The notes under the pieces are model-generated. The model was given only the letters and a program-made list of their open reading frames with translations. It was not told the origin of the DNA and made no database searches. A stretch of 44,378 bases of DNA from contig JABIAA010000050.1 of NCBI GenBank assembly GCA_018656485.1, forward strand, positions 1-44,378, written 5' to 3'. Below are positions 1 to 10,094 of this stretch, piece after piece (the first letter of the stretch is position 1; each line of letters starts with the position of its first letter). Source of the stretch: a bacterium. Its GTDB lineage: Bacteria; Babelota; Babeliae; Babelales; GCA-2401785. A program made the position numbers and the translations under genes.

Positions 1-354
1 AAAGAAGCCAAATCTGAAGGCGGACTTCCAGCACTTTTTATGGAGTGGACAAAGTCAGCGGGTGAAACATCGTGGGAGGCACTTTACACGCAACGCTCAG
101 TTCAAATCGCAACTGGATGCGCATTCATCTGGTGCGGCATAAGTTTTTACGACTGGCTCCTCTACAAACAACATTGTCGCCAATGCCGAACAGAGCAAAA
201 AAAACCTGTCCAGTACGCACGGTTCCGAGCCAACCTGCGGGGAAAAAGAAAGCTCCTGCAGTACGTCGAAGGCGCCTCAATCGCAGTAGGAATCGCCTCC
301 ACTCTGTACACTCTTTACCCACACGCAAGGACCTACAACCCACAACCAGACTAG
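1..354 (+). CDS. hypothetical membrane protein, 5' end outside window
   Basis: Frame 1 is open from base 1 to the TAG at 352-354. Two hydrophobic helices are present (SVQIATGCAFIWCGISFYDWLLY and GASIAVGIASTLYTLY). No family recognised. Confidence 0.4.
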   Translation, partial: KEAKSEGGLPALFMEWTKSAGETSWEALYTQRSVQIATGCAFIWCGISFYDWLLYKQHCRQCRTEQKKPVQYARFRANLRGKRKLLQYVEGASIAVGIASTLYTLYPHARTYNPQPD

Positions 355-552
355 GAAGACTGGGAACATTAAGATTCAAGCTTGTTTCACACTGCAAAGA
401 GTTTTTCCCGCTTTTATAGCACTTTCCTGCATTTTTTCAATCGTGGTTGTGCATCCCCCAAATAACGATTAGAATTGCGAGACCTAGAGAAAATAGCGTG
501 GATTCAACGGTTGAATCGCGAAATTTTAAAAAAACAAAACTGGAGTTTTGTA

Positions 553-2043
553 ATGAAGAAAAATTTTATACGAATTTTCGCACTCGTCGTATGTGCTGCA
601 ATGTCAACACCAGCTGTATTTGCCACCAACCCTTCTGCCAAGGTTGAGAAGGGCCCCCAAGTAAAATTAAAAACCGAGACCCCTGCTGCGACACCGTTCG
701 GAATGCTCCCTGAAAGCAACAATTGCTCTCAAGGAGACCTTGCCGAACTTGGAAATTGCTTTTCAAGCCAGACCCAAAGTCTTAAAGCGGCACTTACAAA
801 TGGAGCAACATTCGACATCCAACCATGCATACCGCCAGCAGACTGCCCGATGAGTGACCCGCAAGTAGTCTCCGCTTACAATAAACAAGAACTAGCCCTC
901 GGTAGTGCAATTAGCGATACAATGCATGAACATTCGCTGCACGGCCAATGCAAAGCTCCACAACCTGGAGATGGATTACTAGAAGCATTGAATAATAATG
1001 TCGCAAAACTACAACAGCCAACAACACTACAACCGGGCACCATTCAATGCTCTCAATTTGATCAGGCGTACTTAAACCAACCGTGGCACGCAAACGCCGC
1101 CGCAACACTCCCATTTCTAGGCGCCGCAGGAACAGCAATACAGGCAGGCTGGCATATTCCAGGAGTACTAGAAACCATAAGTTTAATTGTAGCCACTGAG
1201 GCTGCTCGCCCGGCATTCAAGGCGCTTTACTCAAAAAGCAAAAGTCATATTGCAACTCTCATTGAAAAACGAAAAAAACTGAAAGACAACACTAAAGAAG
1301 CAAAAAATCTTGATGTTGAAATTAAAAAAGTCATAACCCAATTTGAACTTGATGCTCCAAACTTACTGAAAAAAGAAAAAGTAAAGCTTTGTACCGAATG
1401 CACCAACCTTAAATCTTTGATTAAAGAAACACCCGATGTAGCAGTAAACAATGGAGAAAGCACAAAGAAAGAACTTGAGGCCTTTTTAAAAGAAAAAGAA
1501 GCCACAGTCAAACAAATAGAAAAAGATTTAACAAACCTCGAAAATGCTTCCAAAGCCCAAGCCCCGGTAATCATTGCCAACAAAAAAACTTCCGAAACAA
1601 ACTCGATAGCAGGAAGCGACAATGGTTCCACACAAGCAGTTGTAAAAATACCTTCGGAAGAAACATCTGCTCCAGCGAACAATCATCACTGGAAAAATGT
1701 TGCACTCGCTCACGGCATCGGTGCAGGCGTAGCCCTCACGGGAGTTGCAGCTGAACTTGGCTTCGGATACATGTTCCACAAAAAGGCACACGGTACGCTC
1801 AGCTTTGGACAGTTCGTTAAGCGTCACTTTGTTGAACTTACAAAGATTGTCGGCCAAGTCACCCAAGGAAACTTCAAGGCACTTGCGCAGCTCAAGACAT
1901 ACCCAGCAACCGTCGCAACAATCCTTGCAGCAGCCTTTGACGCTACTGGATACTGGATTGGCTACGAAGGCATTGCTCGCGGAATTTGCAAGGTCGGCAA
2001 AACCTCTGCACCCGCAATTGAAGCCGTAGCAAAGACTGCATAA
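553..2043 (+). CDS. secreted/membrane coiled-coil protein, unknown function
   Basis: ATG at 553 follows TGGAG. The signal peptide is MKKNFIRIFALVVCAAMSTPAVFA. A K/E-rich coiled-coil centre is flanked by Gly/Ala-rich hydrophobic segments. The upstream ORF extension from 475 lacks a signal peptide. Confidence 0.7.
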   Translation: MKKNFIRIFALVVCAAMSTPAVFATNPSAKVEKGPQVKLKTETPAATPFGMLPESNNCSQGDLAELGNCFSSQTQSLKAALTNGATFDIQPCIPPADCPMSDPQVVSAYNKQELALGSAISDTMHEHSLHGQCKAPQPGDGLLEALNNNVAKLQQPTTLQPGTIQCSQFDQAYLNQPWHANAAATLPFLGAAGTAIQAGWHIPGVLETISLIVATEAARPAFKALYSKSKSHIATLIEKRKKLKDNTKEAKNLDVEIKKVITQFELDAPNLLKKEKVKLCTECTNLKSLIKETPDVAVNNGESTKKELEAFLKEKEATVKQIEKDLTNLENASKAQAPVIIANKKTSETNSIAGSDNGSTQAVVKIPSEETSAPANNHHWKNVALAHGIGAGVALTGVAAELGFGYMFHKKAHGTLSFGQFVKRHFVELTKIVGQVTQGNFKALAQLKTYPATVATILAAAFDATGYWIGYEGIARGICKVGKTSAPAIEAVAKTA

Positions 2044-2123
2044 ATAAAAAAACAAAACGAGAGTCACTATTGTGGCCGCGCCCGCCATAGCCTTGGCGAC
2101 GGCTGGGCTAAATAAAGTTAGAG

Positions 2124-2158
2124 GCCCTGGGAGAAATCCCGGGGCTTTCTTTTATTTC
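2124..2158 (+). terminator. rho-independent terminator
   Basis: GCCCTGGGA-gaaa-TCCCGGGGC forms a 9-bp stem with one G-U pair, followed by TTTCTTTTATTT. It lies 80 nt after the stop at 2043. Confidence 0.6.
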
Positions 2159-2286
2159 TAGGAAGAGAGAAGAACTCCCTCTGGCTGTGCGCAGGCGGAG
2201 TGACTCCGCTTTGAAAAGCATGCTATCGAATATCGCACAAATGTAGATCGCCTGGCCGTGTAGGGTGAAGGCTCAGCCTTCGGCCC

Positions 2287-4023
2287 CTACCTGCTCCTTG
2301 AGAACCGCGCGCGTCGCGGCGTTGGTGGAATATTTTTCACCGGAGAACTAGAACGCGGAGAAATGTCATCGTCGGATCCCAGAGACGTTGTTCTTAGAGA
2401 AATACTGCCAAATTCCGGAATCCGAAATTTTGACTTTGATGAGACTGCTTTTGAAGGTAGACCCGCATCGAAATCTCTAACCTTGGTCAGATCTTTTTTA
2501 AAGCCAATCCTCCCTCGCTCCACTCGAACTTGTTGAGGTTTTTTCAAGATTCCCCGCGGTGCTTGTAGCGAACTTTGCAGAACAATTTTGGCTGGCTCAC
2601 TCCAAGCTTCACGTGGGCGTCGAGTCTTTTCATATTTGAGAAATCTGTTCCAAGCTTCGTCATGCAGCTCGAAATCATCTGCACCTAAAGATCTATTGTT
2701 CCGGAGCTCCTCGAGCTCTTTTTGTGCCGCACGAATTTTCTTAAATTGAACAATCGCAACAGGCTTTGATTCTTCTTCTGACATTTTTTTGATCTCAATG
2801 CGCCCCAGCTCTTCAAGCCAGTCGGCATATCGACTTTCGCGATCAACCGCATCACTCCACAGCTGCGCCCGAGAGCCCGCCTTCTTCGCAACGTTAGAAA
2901 CTCCAGCCCGAATAACCTCAAGTTGATGTCCCGCTTCATGGTCAACTGAAGCAAGACCCGGCAGCCTTCCACTAATTTTTTCCACTGACGTCTCCACGTC
3001 CGCCCACCTTCTGGATTTTGACAACTCAGGGAGCCTCGGCTGTTCTGCAAAATTTGAATTGCGCTCAATATCGACTAATTGTTTTTCAAATGACCCGATT
3101 AAATCATATGCTATCGCAGTTTCGGGAATAAGCTTCCCGGTCGCGTCCTTTGCTCTCGCAGCTGACGTTCTTGGCGAAGCGCTTGGTGACGGAACTTCGT
3201 CCGGAGCCTCAGTCATCTTCATGCGAACTTTCGACGCAGGAATGTCGTTCCCATAAGCAAACATCAAAAGATCCGGATTGGCCGATGGATTTTCATTTCC
3301 GAGAAATTTTCTTGCGCCCTCAAAAATAAACGCCGCCGCTTTTTCTTGGGACATCCCACCGCGGAATTTTTCGCCAATTTTTCTTCCAATCTCTTTGTCA
3401 CCAAAAGATTTTGCAATTGCAGTAAGCGCCTCTAGCCCCGATCGGTTGGAAATCCGCTCAAGCAACTCGAACTGCCACTTCGCGACCATGTCAATTTTCT
3501 GACGCGGAACCCTATCCGACCCACCCACCTGGGCATCCAAGATCTGTTTGTACTTAATTCCCTTGGCAATGTCGGCAAGTGCCTTAAATTTTCCATAGCC
3601 ATCGTAACCGCTGGCGGCTCTGGCAATAACTTTTGGGTATGTTCGAAGAAACCCCCATAATCCGCTCTCTTCCATAATCTCTGGAACTCTTTCGGCCCAA
3701 AGAACCTCTCTTTCCGTGCCAGGCTTCTCCGCCGCTTGCTCTTCCACGGTCTTGCCACTTTTGACCGCAGCCGCCCCATCGACCAGCGCACGAAAAATCT
3801 TCCTGTACGTCCTTCGAGCAATTGGATCCTCTCCAAGTTTTTTCTTCATCCAAAAACTTTCTAGAACCTTCTTTGCTCCGCCAAGGTCATAACCCCGAAC
3901 CGCAGTTTCAAAATCTGCCGACAGCTCGTCTTTGGCTACGGGCTTAGGACTTGGGCTATCCGGCGGTTGAGCCAAAATCACCGTCGAAAAAAATATCAGA
4001 AATAAAAAATTTAATCGTTTCAT
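2287..4023 (-). CDS. hypothetical secreted protein (about 578 aa)
   Basis: ATG at 4023 lies 9 nt after AGGA and 12 nt after the stop of the upstream MltA-like gene. The signal peptide is MKRLNFLFLIFFSTVILAQPP. The C-terminus is basic and Ser/Pro/Arg-rich. No family recognised. Confidence 0.7.
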   Translation of the reverse strand: MKRLNFLFLIFFSTVILAQPPDSPSPKPVAKDELSADFETAVRGYDLGGAKKVLESFWMKKKLGEDPIARRTYRKIFRALVDGAAAVKSGKTVEEQAAEKPGTEREVLWAERVPEIMEESGLWGFLRTYPKVIARAASGYDGYGKFKALADIAKGIKYKQILDAQVGGSDRVPRQKIDMVAKWQFELLERISNRSGLEALTAIAKSFGDKEIGRKIGEKFRGGMSQEKAAAFIFEGARKFLGNENPSANPDLLMFAYGNDIPASKVRMKMTEAPDEVPSPSASPRTSAARAKDATGKLIPETAIAYDLIGSFEKQLVDIERNSNFAEQPRLPELSKSRRWADVETSVEKISGRLPGLASVDHEAGHQLEVIRAGVSNVAKKAGSRAQLWSDAVDRESRYADWLEELGRIEIKKMSEEESKPVAIVQFKKIRAAQKELEELRNNRSLGADDFELHDEAWNRFLKYEKTRRPREAWSEPAKIVLQSSLQAPRGILKKPQQVRVERGRIGFKKDLTKVRDFDAGLPSKAVSSKSKFRIPEFGSISLRTTSLGSDDDISPRSSSPVKNIPPTPRRARFSRSR

Positions 4024-4034
4024 CGCCACATCCT

Positions 4035-5249
4035 CTAAACTTCATGGTCACGGATAGCCTGAGTTCCCGGCACAAGCGCACCCGGTAAAGACCGACTCCC
4101 GTGTTTCCTAACTAAAAAATACGCATTCACTGTGTTCGGGAATCTCCAGAGGTGTTTCCGGAATGATTTCCGATCCTCGAAGATCCCGGCATAAAGATCG
4201 AGCTGGTACAGGTTGTCTTTGAAGGCGCCCCCCGTATCGGAAAGAACGCCCAGCCGAATCTCTTCCTTGCGGCTTGTGGGATTTTTGTAGCCAATCGCGA
4301 TGATCTTCCCTAGCCCCAGATCCTTGATATTGCCCGCGAAGACCGCACCGCCGTGTTTGACGATCTTGAGCTGTGGGCCTCCGTCCCGTCCATCGATGTC
4401 ATTAATTTCTCTAAAGAACCAATACTTCGGCGATCTCAGCCCAGGCCTTGACTGCTCGCTTCCCAAAATTTCTAGGCTGCGATGGACATTGAAAACTCTG
4501 CGAGCCCCGTCCGGCATGCGAACAACGGTCGTCCCCTGCATCGCTGCGTCCTCCGCGTCATGGCGCGAAAGCCAGATCAACGGCTTCACAACACGCGAAA
4601 GACTTTTTCGCCTGAAAGCTCTCCCGCCCCACAGGTCGTCCCATGTCATTTTCGCCATGGCCCCCTGCAGCTCCTCGTCCTTGGTATCCGCCTCGTACAA
4701 AGCGGCGTCGTAAATTTTGGTACGATGTGGACTACCGTCCACCGAAAACACCGCGTAGTTCGTCAATCGGATCTTTCCAGGGTCCAGTCTTCCGCCGTCA
4801 GGCCGCTCGGGGATAACAATCCCATCGCGTTTAAGCCCATGACGGTCACCGTCCCAGGAAACAAAGTTAAAGTTCTTATTGAGAAAACTTTGATCGAGAA
4901 CCCTGAAGTTTCCGGATTCTTTATCCGCCTCGATTGTCTCGTGAATAAATTTGAGCGTGCGCTCCACCTGTGCAGCGGACAACCCAACGCGCCCAAGCAG
5001 CGGCGACTGAACAAGATTTTTCTTGTGCTTAAAGTAGCGAAGCGCGTCCCAGACGGCCTCTTGAAGAACCAGCGGATCTGTCACGACCTCAGACTGGATC
5101 GGTGACTTTACCTGCCTGAAAAGCTTTCTCGTCACAGCCGAAAGCTCGACGGATCGCATGTCCGAAACACTTTTTTCAAAAGCCGCCGCTGTAGAATCCA
5201 GCAACAACACGTGCAATGCACACAAAGATAGTTTTACAAAAATGTTCAT
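4035..5249 (-). CDS. mltA: MltA-like membrane-bound lytic murein transglycosylase
   Basis: ATG at 5249 is preceded by GGAGAGGGGGG. An N-terminal signal peptide is present. The C-terminal SDTGGAFKDNLYQLDLYAGIFED resembles the MltA 3D-domain motif DTGGAIKG..R.D.F.G. Assignment is from memory of the family, not from a search. Confidence 0.55.
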   Translation of the reverse strand: MNIFVKLSLCALHVLLLDSTAAAFEKSVSDMRSVELSAVTRKLFRQVKSPIQSEVVTDPLVLQEAVWDALRYFKHKKNLVQSPLLGRVGLSAAQVERTLKFIHETIEADKESGNFRVLDQSFLNKNFNFVSWDGDRHGLKRDGIVIPERPDGGRLDPGKIRLTNYAVFSVDGSPHRTKIYDAALYEADTKDEELQGAMAKMTWDDLWGGRAFRRKSLSRVVKPLIWLSRHDAEDAAMQGTTVVRMPDGARRVFNVHRSLEILGSEQSRPGLRSPKYWFFREINDIDGRDGGPQLKIVKHGGAVFAGNIKDLGLGKIIAIGYKNPTSRKEEIRLGVLSDTGGAFKDNLYQLDLYAGIFEDRKSFRKHLWRFPNTVNAYFLVRKHGSRSLPGALVPGTQAIRDHEV

Positions 5250-5576
5250 AACCCCCCTCTCCCCAGAGATGCGCAATTCAAATTGCACATTTTTAGTGTA
5301 GAGAAATTGAGGGGCCCGTGTAAATGAAACCGATGGATTAATTTAGAGCGCGCTTATTGCGCAGAATTCTGACATTTTAACTGGCGAGGCAAGCGGGCCG
5401 CAAAGATTTTAGAGGCCGCCCAGTAAAACTGAAATTTTCCAACTGTCGTATAAAAACAGGCTTCTTATAAATTTTTAGGGCTTTAAATTTTCAACATAAA
5501 TCCGGGTTTGCAAAGCTAAAATTTCTCCCGTACGCTTCGAATATCTTTTACTGGTCTCAAAATATGGAAACGCCTG

Positions 5577-6008
5577 ATGAACAAACACTTTCCAAGAAAA
5601 ATTATCGCATTCGCGCTTCTCCTCGCACCAGCTATGGCATTCGCTGGAAGGAATGAACAACCTCACTATGGCGAACTTCCATTGCTAATGGAACAACAAA
5701 AATTGCACCAAGATCTACTTAATTTTGGCAAAGAAGAAGTCGCATATTTGATCGGAACGATTGAGGGAATCCTAGAGAATGAGATAAGCGGAATAAGGCT
5801 GAAAGACCTCGACATTGCAGAGTCAGATGAATTCAAATCTGTCCACAAGGAGACAAAGGTTATCGATTTCACCCAAGATATTTTCCAAAATGCACTGACG
5901 GCAAGCTGGAAAAACCCTAATACAATTCGGAATCTCCTAATAACCTACCCACAACAATTGAGACTTCTTGAAGAAAAAGCACTTGATTTCATCCGATACA
6001 AACTTTAG
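5577..6008 (+). CDS. small secreted protein, unknown function
   Basis: ATG at 5577. The signal peptide is MNKHFPRKIIAFALLLAPAMAFAG and the mature part looks helical. Confidence 0.6.
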   Translation: MNKHFPRKIIAFALLLAPAMAFAGRNEQPHYGELPLLMEQQKLHQDLLNFGKEEVAYLIGTIEGILENEISGIRLKDLDIAESDEFKSVHKETKVIDFTQDIFQNALTASWKNPNTIRNLLITYPQQLRLLEEKALDFIRYKL

Positions 6009-6098
6009 CAAAACAAGCGCTTGATGGTCGCCTCTTGGAAAATTACCTACCAAGAAAACGTATTTCTCCCAAATCTAAGTTGCCTGGGCAGCGAAACC

Positions 6099-8540
6099 TC
6101 AGCCGGCCTCAGCCTGGCCAGTCAAAGTTAATTCTTTGACGTCGACGGTTCGGGCACCACGGTTGGCAGTGACCATTCCTTTCCCCCCACCATTAGATTT
6201 GTCATCGCCGCCTAGCAAGTCCTGCAAATCTTTCAGGTGAATACTTCCGCCAGGGGCATTTATTTTCGCCTGGACTTCTAACCGCTTAAGCTCTTTGGAA
6301 AGCATCTCTTCACCACCATCGGGAAGCTCCTGTGCTAACACTTCCGTGAGATACGAAATTCCGCCAGACATATCTTTTTCCTGCTCATAGCTCTGCGCGA
6401 TGCGAACGTGACAGACAGGGAACTCTTTTGTGTGCTCAAGAACCTGCTTGTAGGCCTGGCGAGACTCAGTAAACTTTCCGAGAGAATACAAGCTCTCTGC
6501 AAGGTTGTAAGAGAACTTTGGAACATTCGGATACGCCTGTGAAAGTTGAGCGTATGATTCACAAGCAACATCAAGTTTTCCAAGAAGAAAGTACGCGTTC
6601 GCTCTGTTGAAAACAATCTGAGCGGTAACTTCATTTCCGCCCATTCGCTTAAGTGCATCATCAAAAGCTTGTGCGGCTTCTTCATACTTTTCAAGCTTGA
6701 GGCTAACTTGCCCAAGAATGTTGAATGCCTCAGAAACGTCAAGGTCACCTATTGTTGCATTTTTGAAGTGTTGCCACGCTTCTTCCATCCGCTCTTGCTC
6801 AAAACAAAGTCGTCCGTAGTTAAACCACGCTTTTCCGTAGTACGGTCGCAACGCAATTGCCTTGGTTAAGCACAACTCTGACTTTTCATATTCTTTTTTC
6901 TTCATGAGCAAAGAACCAAGGTTGTTGTAAGCTTCTGGATAATCTGGGAAGAGTCTTGTTGCTTCTTGAAGTGCGGCAATTGCTTTGTCATCGTTTCCGC
7001 GAACCGAATAAGCAACTGCCATGTTGCTCCATGGATCGGAATAAAATCTGTCGAGTCGAATTGCTTCGAGGTAATGTGGAATAGCTTCTTCGTACCGCTC
7101 GTGTTCGGAAAGAGCAACCCCAAGATTGTTGCGTGCGCGGGCCTTTGTTGGCGCCTTGTAAATTATGTCTTCCCAAAATGCGATCGTACTTCTCCACACT
7201 TCATTGCGTTGCATTGTTGTAATTCCAAGCATTGAAAAAGCCAAGAGAAAAATTGGAAAGACTTTTGGGAATGTAAGTTCAGAAATAAATTTCACATCCC
7301 ACTGCTTAACGATCCATCTCACTGCATAGACAATTCCCATTGCAATTATGAAAAGCCACCCTGGCGACGCCATGTAGGTTTTGTAGTCGCATACAAGTTC
7401 TGCGGATGGAATAATAGTTGATCTCGGAGCGGACACGGCAAAAAACCAAATCAAGCCAAAAGTTATTGGAGAAGCTTTATCTTTGCGGAACAGATGAATC
7501 GCAATTCCAAAAATTGTCATGAGTGCAAGAAATGAAAAGAATGTGTCCGGCGCAAAAAAACTAGGTGACAGCTTCCAGTCATACTCAACACTCATATTGA
7601 TAGGCCAAAGAAAGACAAAGAGGTAGTGCAGCAAAACTTTGAACTCGCTAATTAAAAACGAGAGGGGATAAATTGTGTCGTTAGCAGACTTCGTCAGGAT
7701 GTTCCCACGGTTATTCACGATGGAGTACTTCAGGCCAAAAATTTTCATGAAGAAAGCGGGCCTCATATAAAACAAGAGGGTCCCAAAAACCACGCCGGTA
7801 AACGCCAGGTGGAAAAGAAGCCTCTTCTTAAAACTGCTCCACTCGCCTTCTGCAATAAAAAACCAGTCAGTGATTAGAGCAAGTACCGGCAATGCGATAA
7901 CAATTTCCTTGGTCCCACAAGAAAGCGAACCAAACAAAAATGTCGCTGTGTACAAAGCAATTTTCGCCCACTCATTTTTCGTCTGCGCAGCCAAAACAAA
8001 GAATAAAAGAGTGATCAATGAAAAGCATGTCGCCAATCCTTCAAGCCGTGCCTGAATCGCATACGACACCGTCTGCGATTGAACTGGATGTAGGAGAAAA
8101 AGCCCCGCGGTAACCGATGCAAGCCACACCGCATTTGTTTGAAGGAATTTATGTTTTTTTAATTTTGCGCAAAGAAAATAGATGAAATAAAAAACTAACG
8201 CCCCGGTGATCATGTGGACCAGAACATTGCAGAAACGATAAATGTTCGGCGAAAAACCCCCGAACTGGTAATTCCATCTATTCAGGCACTCACCCATCCA
8301 ACGGCTATTGCTGAAAAGCTGTTTCTTAAAATCAAAGAATCGAATTTCAAATTTCTTCGTGATGTTTGCAAGGTCGTCAAATTGAAATGGGTATCCAAGA
8401 GATTTATAATAAAAAACATAGGTTAGAATCACCAAGACCGCAGGGGGAAGAATTAACTCCAGCCACGAAGTCCGCTCAACCCCAACACGACTTTTTGAAT
8501 GCACTCGACGCGACACGTTCGTCTTCACTCTCTTCTCCAC
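6099..8540 (-). CDS. multi-pass membrane protein with C-terminal TPR repeats (TMTC/DUF1736-like)
   Basis: The N-terminal half has about 10 TM helices and a YPFQFDDLANI motif. The C-terminal half has at least 8 TPR-like repeats (W.N.G..Y...G.Y..A...Y..A). The likely start is GTG 8540, 6 nt after GGAAGGAG. The ORF also stays open to an ATG at 8585. Confidence 0.8.
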   Translation of the reverse strand: MEKRVKTNVSRRVHSKSRVGVERTSWLELILPPAVLVILTYVFYYKSLGYPFQFDDLANITKKFEIRFFDFKKQLFSNSRWMGECLNRWNYQFGGFSPNIYRFCNVLVHMITGALVFYFIYFLCAKLKKHKFLQTNAVWLASVTAGLFLLHPVQSQTVSYAIQARLEGLATCFSLITLLFFVLAAQTKNEWAKIALYTATFLFGSLSCGTKEIVIALPVLALITDWFFIAEGEWSSFKKRLLFHLAFTGVVFGTLLFYMRPAFFMKIFGLKYSIVNNRGNILTKSANDTIYPLSFLISEFKVLLHYLFVFLWPINMSVEYDWKLSPSFFAPDTFFSFLALMTIFGIAIHLFRKDKASPITFGLIWFFAVSAPRSTIIPSAELVCDYKTYMASPGWLFIIAMGIVYAVRWIVKQWDVKFISELTFPKVFPIFLLAFSMLGITTMQRNEVWRSTIAFWEDIIYKAPTKARARNNLGVALSEHERYEEAIPHYLEAIRLDRFYSDPWSNMAVAYSVRGNDDKAIAALQEATRLFPDYPEAYNNLGSLLMKKKEYEKSELCLTKAIALRPYYGKAWFNYGRLCFEQERMEEAWQHFKNATIGDLDVSEAFNILGQVSLKLEKYEEAAQAFDDALKRMGGNEVTAQIVFNRANAYFLLGKLDVACESYAQLSQAYPNVPKFSYNLAESLYSLGKFTESRQAYKQVLEHTKEFPVCHVRIAQSYEQEKDMSGGISYLTEVLAQELPDGGEEMLSKELKRLEVQAKINAPGGSIHLKDLQDLLGGDDKSNGGGKGMVTANRGARTVDVKELTLTGQAEAG

Positions 8541-9060
8541 AACCGACTCCTTCCATGAGGCGCAGCATCTCCAAGCCACGCACATCGATTAAAAATAGTT
8601 TAGGAACAACCCCAGCAGAAGTAAACTCCGAGCCAAATCCAAATGACTTCACTTCACAACACGAGAATCTTATATAATTTATCAAATTGTTGGACTTCAA
8701 ATTTCTTCGTGATGTTCGCAAGATCATCAAATTGAAATGGGCATCCAAGAGATTCATAGTAAAAAACATAGGTGAGAACCACCAAGACCGCAGGGGGAAA
8801 AATTAACTCCAGCCGCAAGGTAACCGCTCATACTCCAACACAATTTTTGGACTGCACACAACGCGACACGTTCGGCTTCACTCTCTCTTCTCCACAACCG
8901 ACTCCTTCCATGAGGCGCAACATCTTCAAGCCGCGCACATCGATTAAAAATAGTTTAGGGATACAACCCCAACAGAAGTAAACTCCGCCAAAGGAAACTC
9001 CGCGCCAAACACAAATGGCTTCACTTCACAACAAAGGGTTTTATATCATTCACCAAATCG
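8346..9060. repeat. tandem direct duplication (about 344 bp plus about 365 bp) of the 5' end and upstream region of the TPR gene
   Basis: 8346-8689 and 8696-9060 align end to end with a few substitutions and small indels, for example ttcaaatttcttcgtgatgtt.gcaag and ccttccatgaggcgca.catct.caagcc.cgcacatcgattaaaaatagttt. Confidence 0.85.
8696..8940 (-). pseudogene. degenerate duplicate of the first ~80 codons of the TPR membrane protein
   Basis: The copy of the ATG at 8940 reads M-C-A-A-stop. An extra GA in the gagagagtg stretch shifts the frame. The remnant still encodes a FYYESLGCPFQFDDLANITKKFE-like string in a broken frame. Confidence 0.7.
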
Positions 9061-9104
9061 GGGGGTCCACTATCGCATAAATTTATCTCAAGGAGACATG
9101 CAAA

Positions 9105-9416
9105 ATGATTAAATTCATAGCTATCTTAACCGCCACATTGGCCATGTCGTTAACACAAAGTTTTTCGTTACCAGAAAAAGTCACAATGTTTTTTAAGAAA
9201 GCAAGACTCGAATTGACAGATGCAAGCCGCTACGATCAATATTTTACAAACCAAGCAGAATTGCTCGAGCTGCTCATGCGAGAATGCGAACAAGACGACT
9301 TGCTTCCATACGATGAAACCGTAGATGCAGTGAAATTAACTCTCGCACAATTTAGAGAATACAAATCACAACTTCAGGGGCAGGTAAAAAGCCCATACGA
9401 AGAAGAGGATCTTTAA
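9105..9416 (+). CDS. small secreted protein
   Basis: AAGGAG lies 10 nt upstream of the ATG. The signal peptide is MIKFIAILTATLAMSLTQSFS. Confidence 0.6.
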   Translation: MIKFIAILTATLAMSLTQSFSLPEKVTMFFKKARLELTDASRYDQYFTNQAELLELLMRECEQDDLLPYDETVDAVKLTLAQFREYKSQLQGQVKSPYEEEDL

Positions 9417-9546
9417 AACATGCTCCCGATTTGTCTTCTATAAAGACAGTGCTTTGCCTCCTGCGAAGACAGTAGTTTGACCAAAACACAGAAACCAAAT
9501 AGCCTACAATGCAGCATGATTTTTATTGGAAGCGGGAATTTGTAAA

Positions 9547-9996
9547 ATGGCCAAGTTTTTTTTGATTTTAAGTACCGCAATTGTTATGGCATCAACATCA
9601 ATGTTTGCCACCCACCCATTTTATGATGACGCCAAAAAAATTCTGCTTGACGGGGAAAAGTATGGCGAAGAATATCGCATAGAAACCAAAGAACTGATCT
9701 TGCTAATCAAAGAACTGGAAACCAATGGCTTGCCCCCAACTGATGAAATCACACAAAAACTTGTCGATTTCAAACAAGGCCTCAAGGTATGGAAGCGATG
9801 CGTAGGCGAGTTTTTCGCCAATGCCAGAGAAGTGCTCGGATCCGAAGAACGAAGCCGCGGAGTCCTTGAAAAAGTTAATTCGAAAATTAACGGATGGGAA
9901 CAAGGAGAAAACTCCGATGACATTTGTAAAATAATGAACGGCGTCCAGCTCGCATTAGACATCCATTCCTCCCTTGGCAAAGCCTGGAAGAAGTGA
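9547..9996 (+). CDS. small secreted protein, weak paralog of 9105-9416
   Basis: ATG at 9547 gives the signal peptide MAKFFLILSTAIVMASTSMFA. LILLIKELETNGLPPTDE resembles LLELLMRECEQDDLLPYDE in the neighbouring gene. The 3' flanks are also similar. Confidence 0.6.
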   Translation: MAKFFLILSTAIVMASTSMFATHPFYDDAKKILLDGEKYGEEYRIETKELILLIKELETNGLPPTDEITQKLVDFKQGLKVWKRCVGEFFANAREVLGSEERSRGVLEKVNSKINGWEQGENSDDICKIMNGVQLALDIHSSLGKAWKK

Positions 9997-10085
9997 AATC
10001 ACAAGTAAAGCACAAAGCCCAAGTTTGTCTCCTTCGCAGACAGTGATTTGACCGGTCAGAAGAAATACTATAGCTTTAAAACACC

Positions 10086-10094
10086 TGTTACAAT
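10086..10094 (+). promoter_or_regulatory. candidate extended -10 element (TGtTACAAT)
   Basis: TGTTACAAT lies 36 nt upstream of the ATG at 10130. The same TACAAT hexamer occurs at 9505-9510 and 23388-23393, in each case upstream of a gene. No good -35 element is present. Confidence 0.3.

Noticed and set aside
4482-5105. Long antisense ORFs inside well-supported genes: 4482-5105, 1528-2088, 18616-19182, 30129-30632, 32269-32925 and 38277-38852.
   Set aside because: Each lies entirely opposite a longer ORF that has family motifs or paralogs. None has an RBS or a signal of its own. Their compositions (Ser/Arg/Leu-rich) are typical of shadow frames.
8476-8981. ORFs 8476-8769 (minus strand) and 8772-8981 / 8366-8677 (plus strand) near the start of the TPR gene.
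   Set aside because: They fall within the duplicated 5'/upstream units. The minus-strand ORF is out of frame relative to the homologous coding sequence. The plus-strand ORFs are mirror images of each other created by the duplication.
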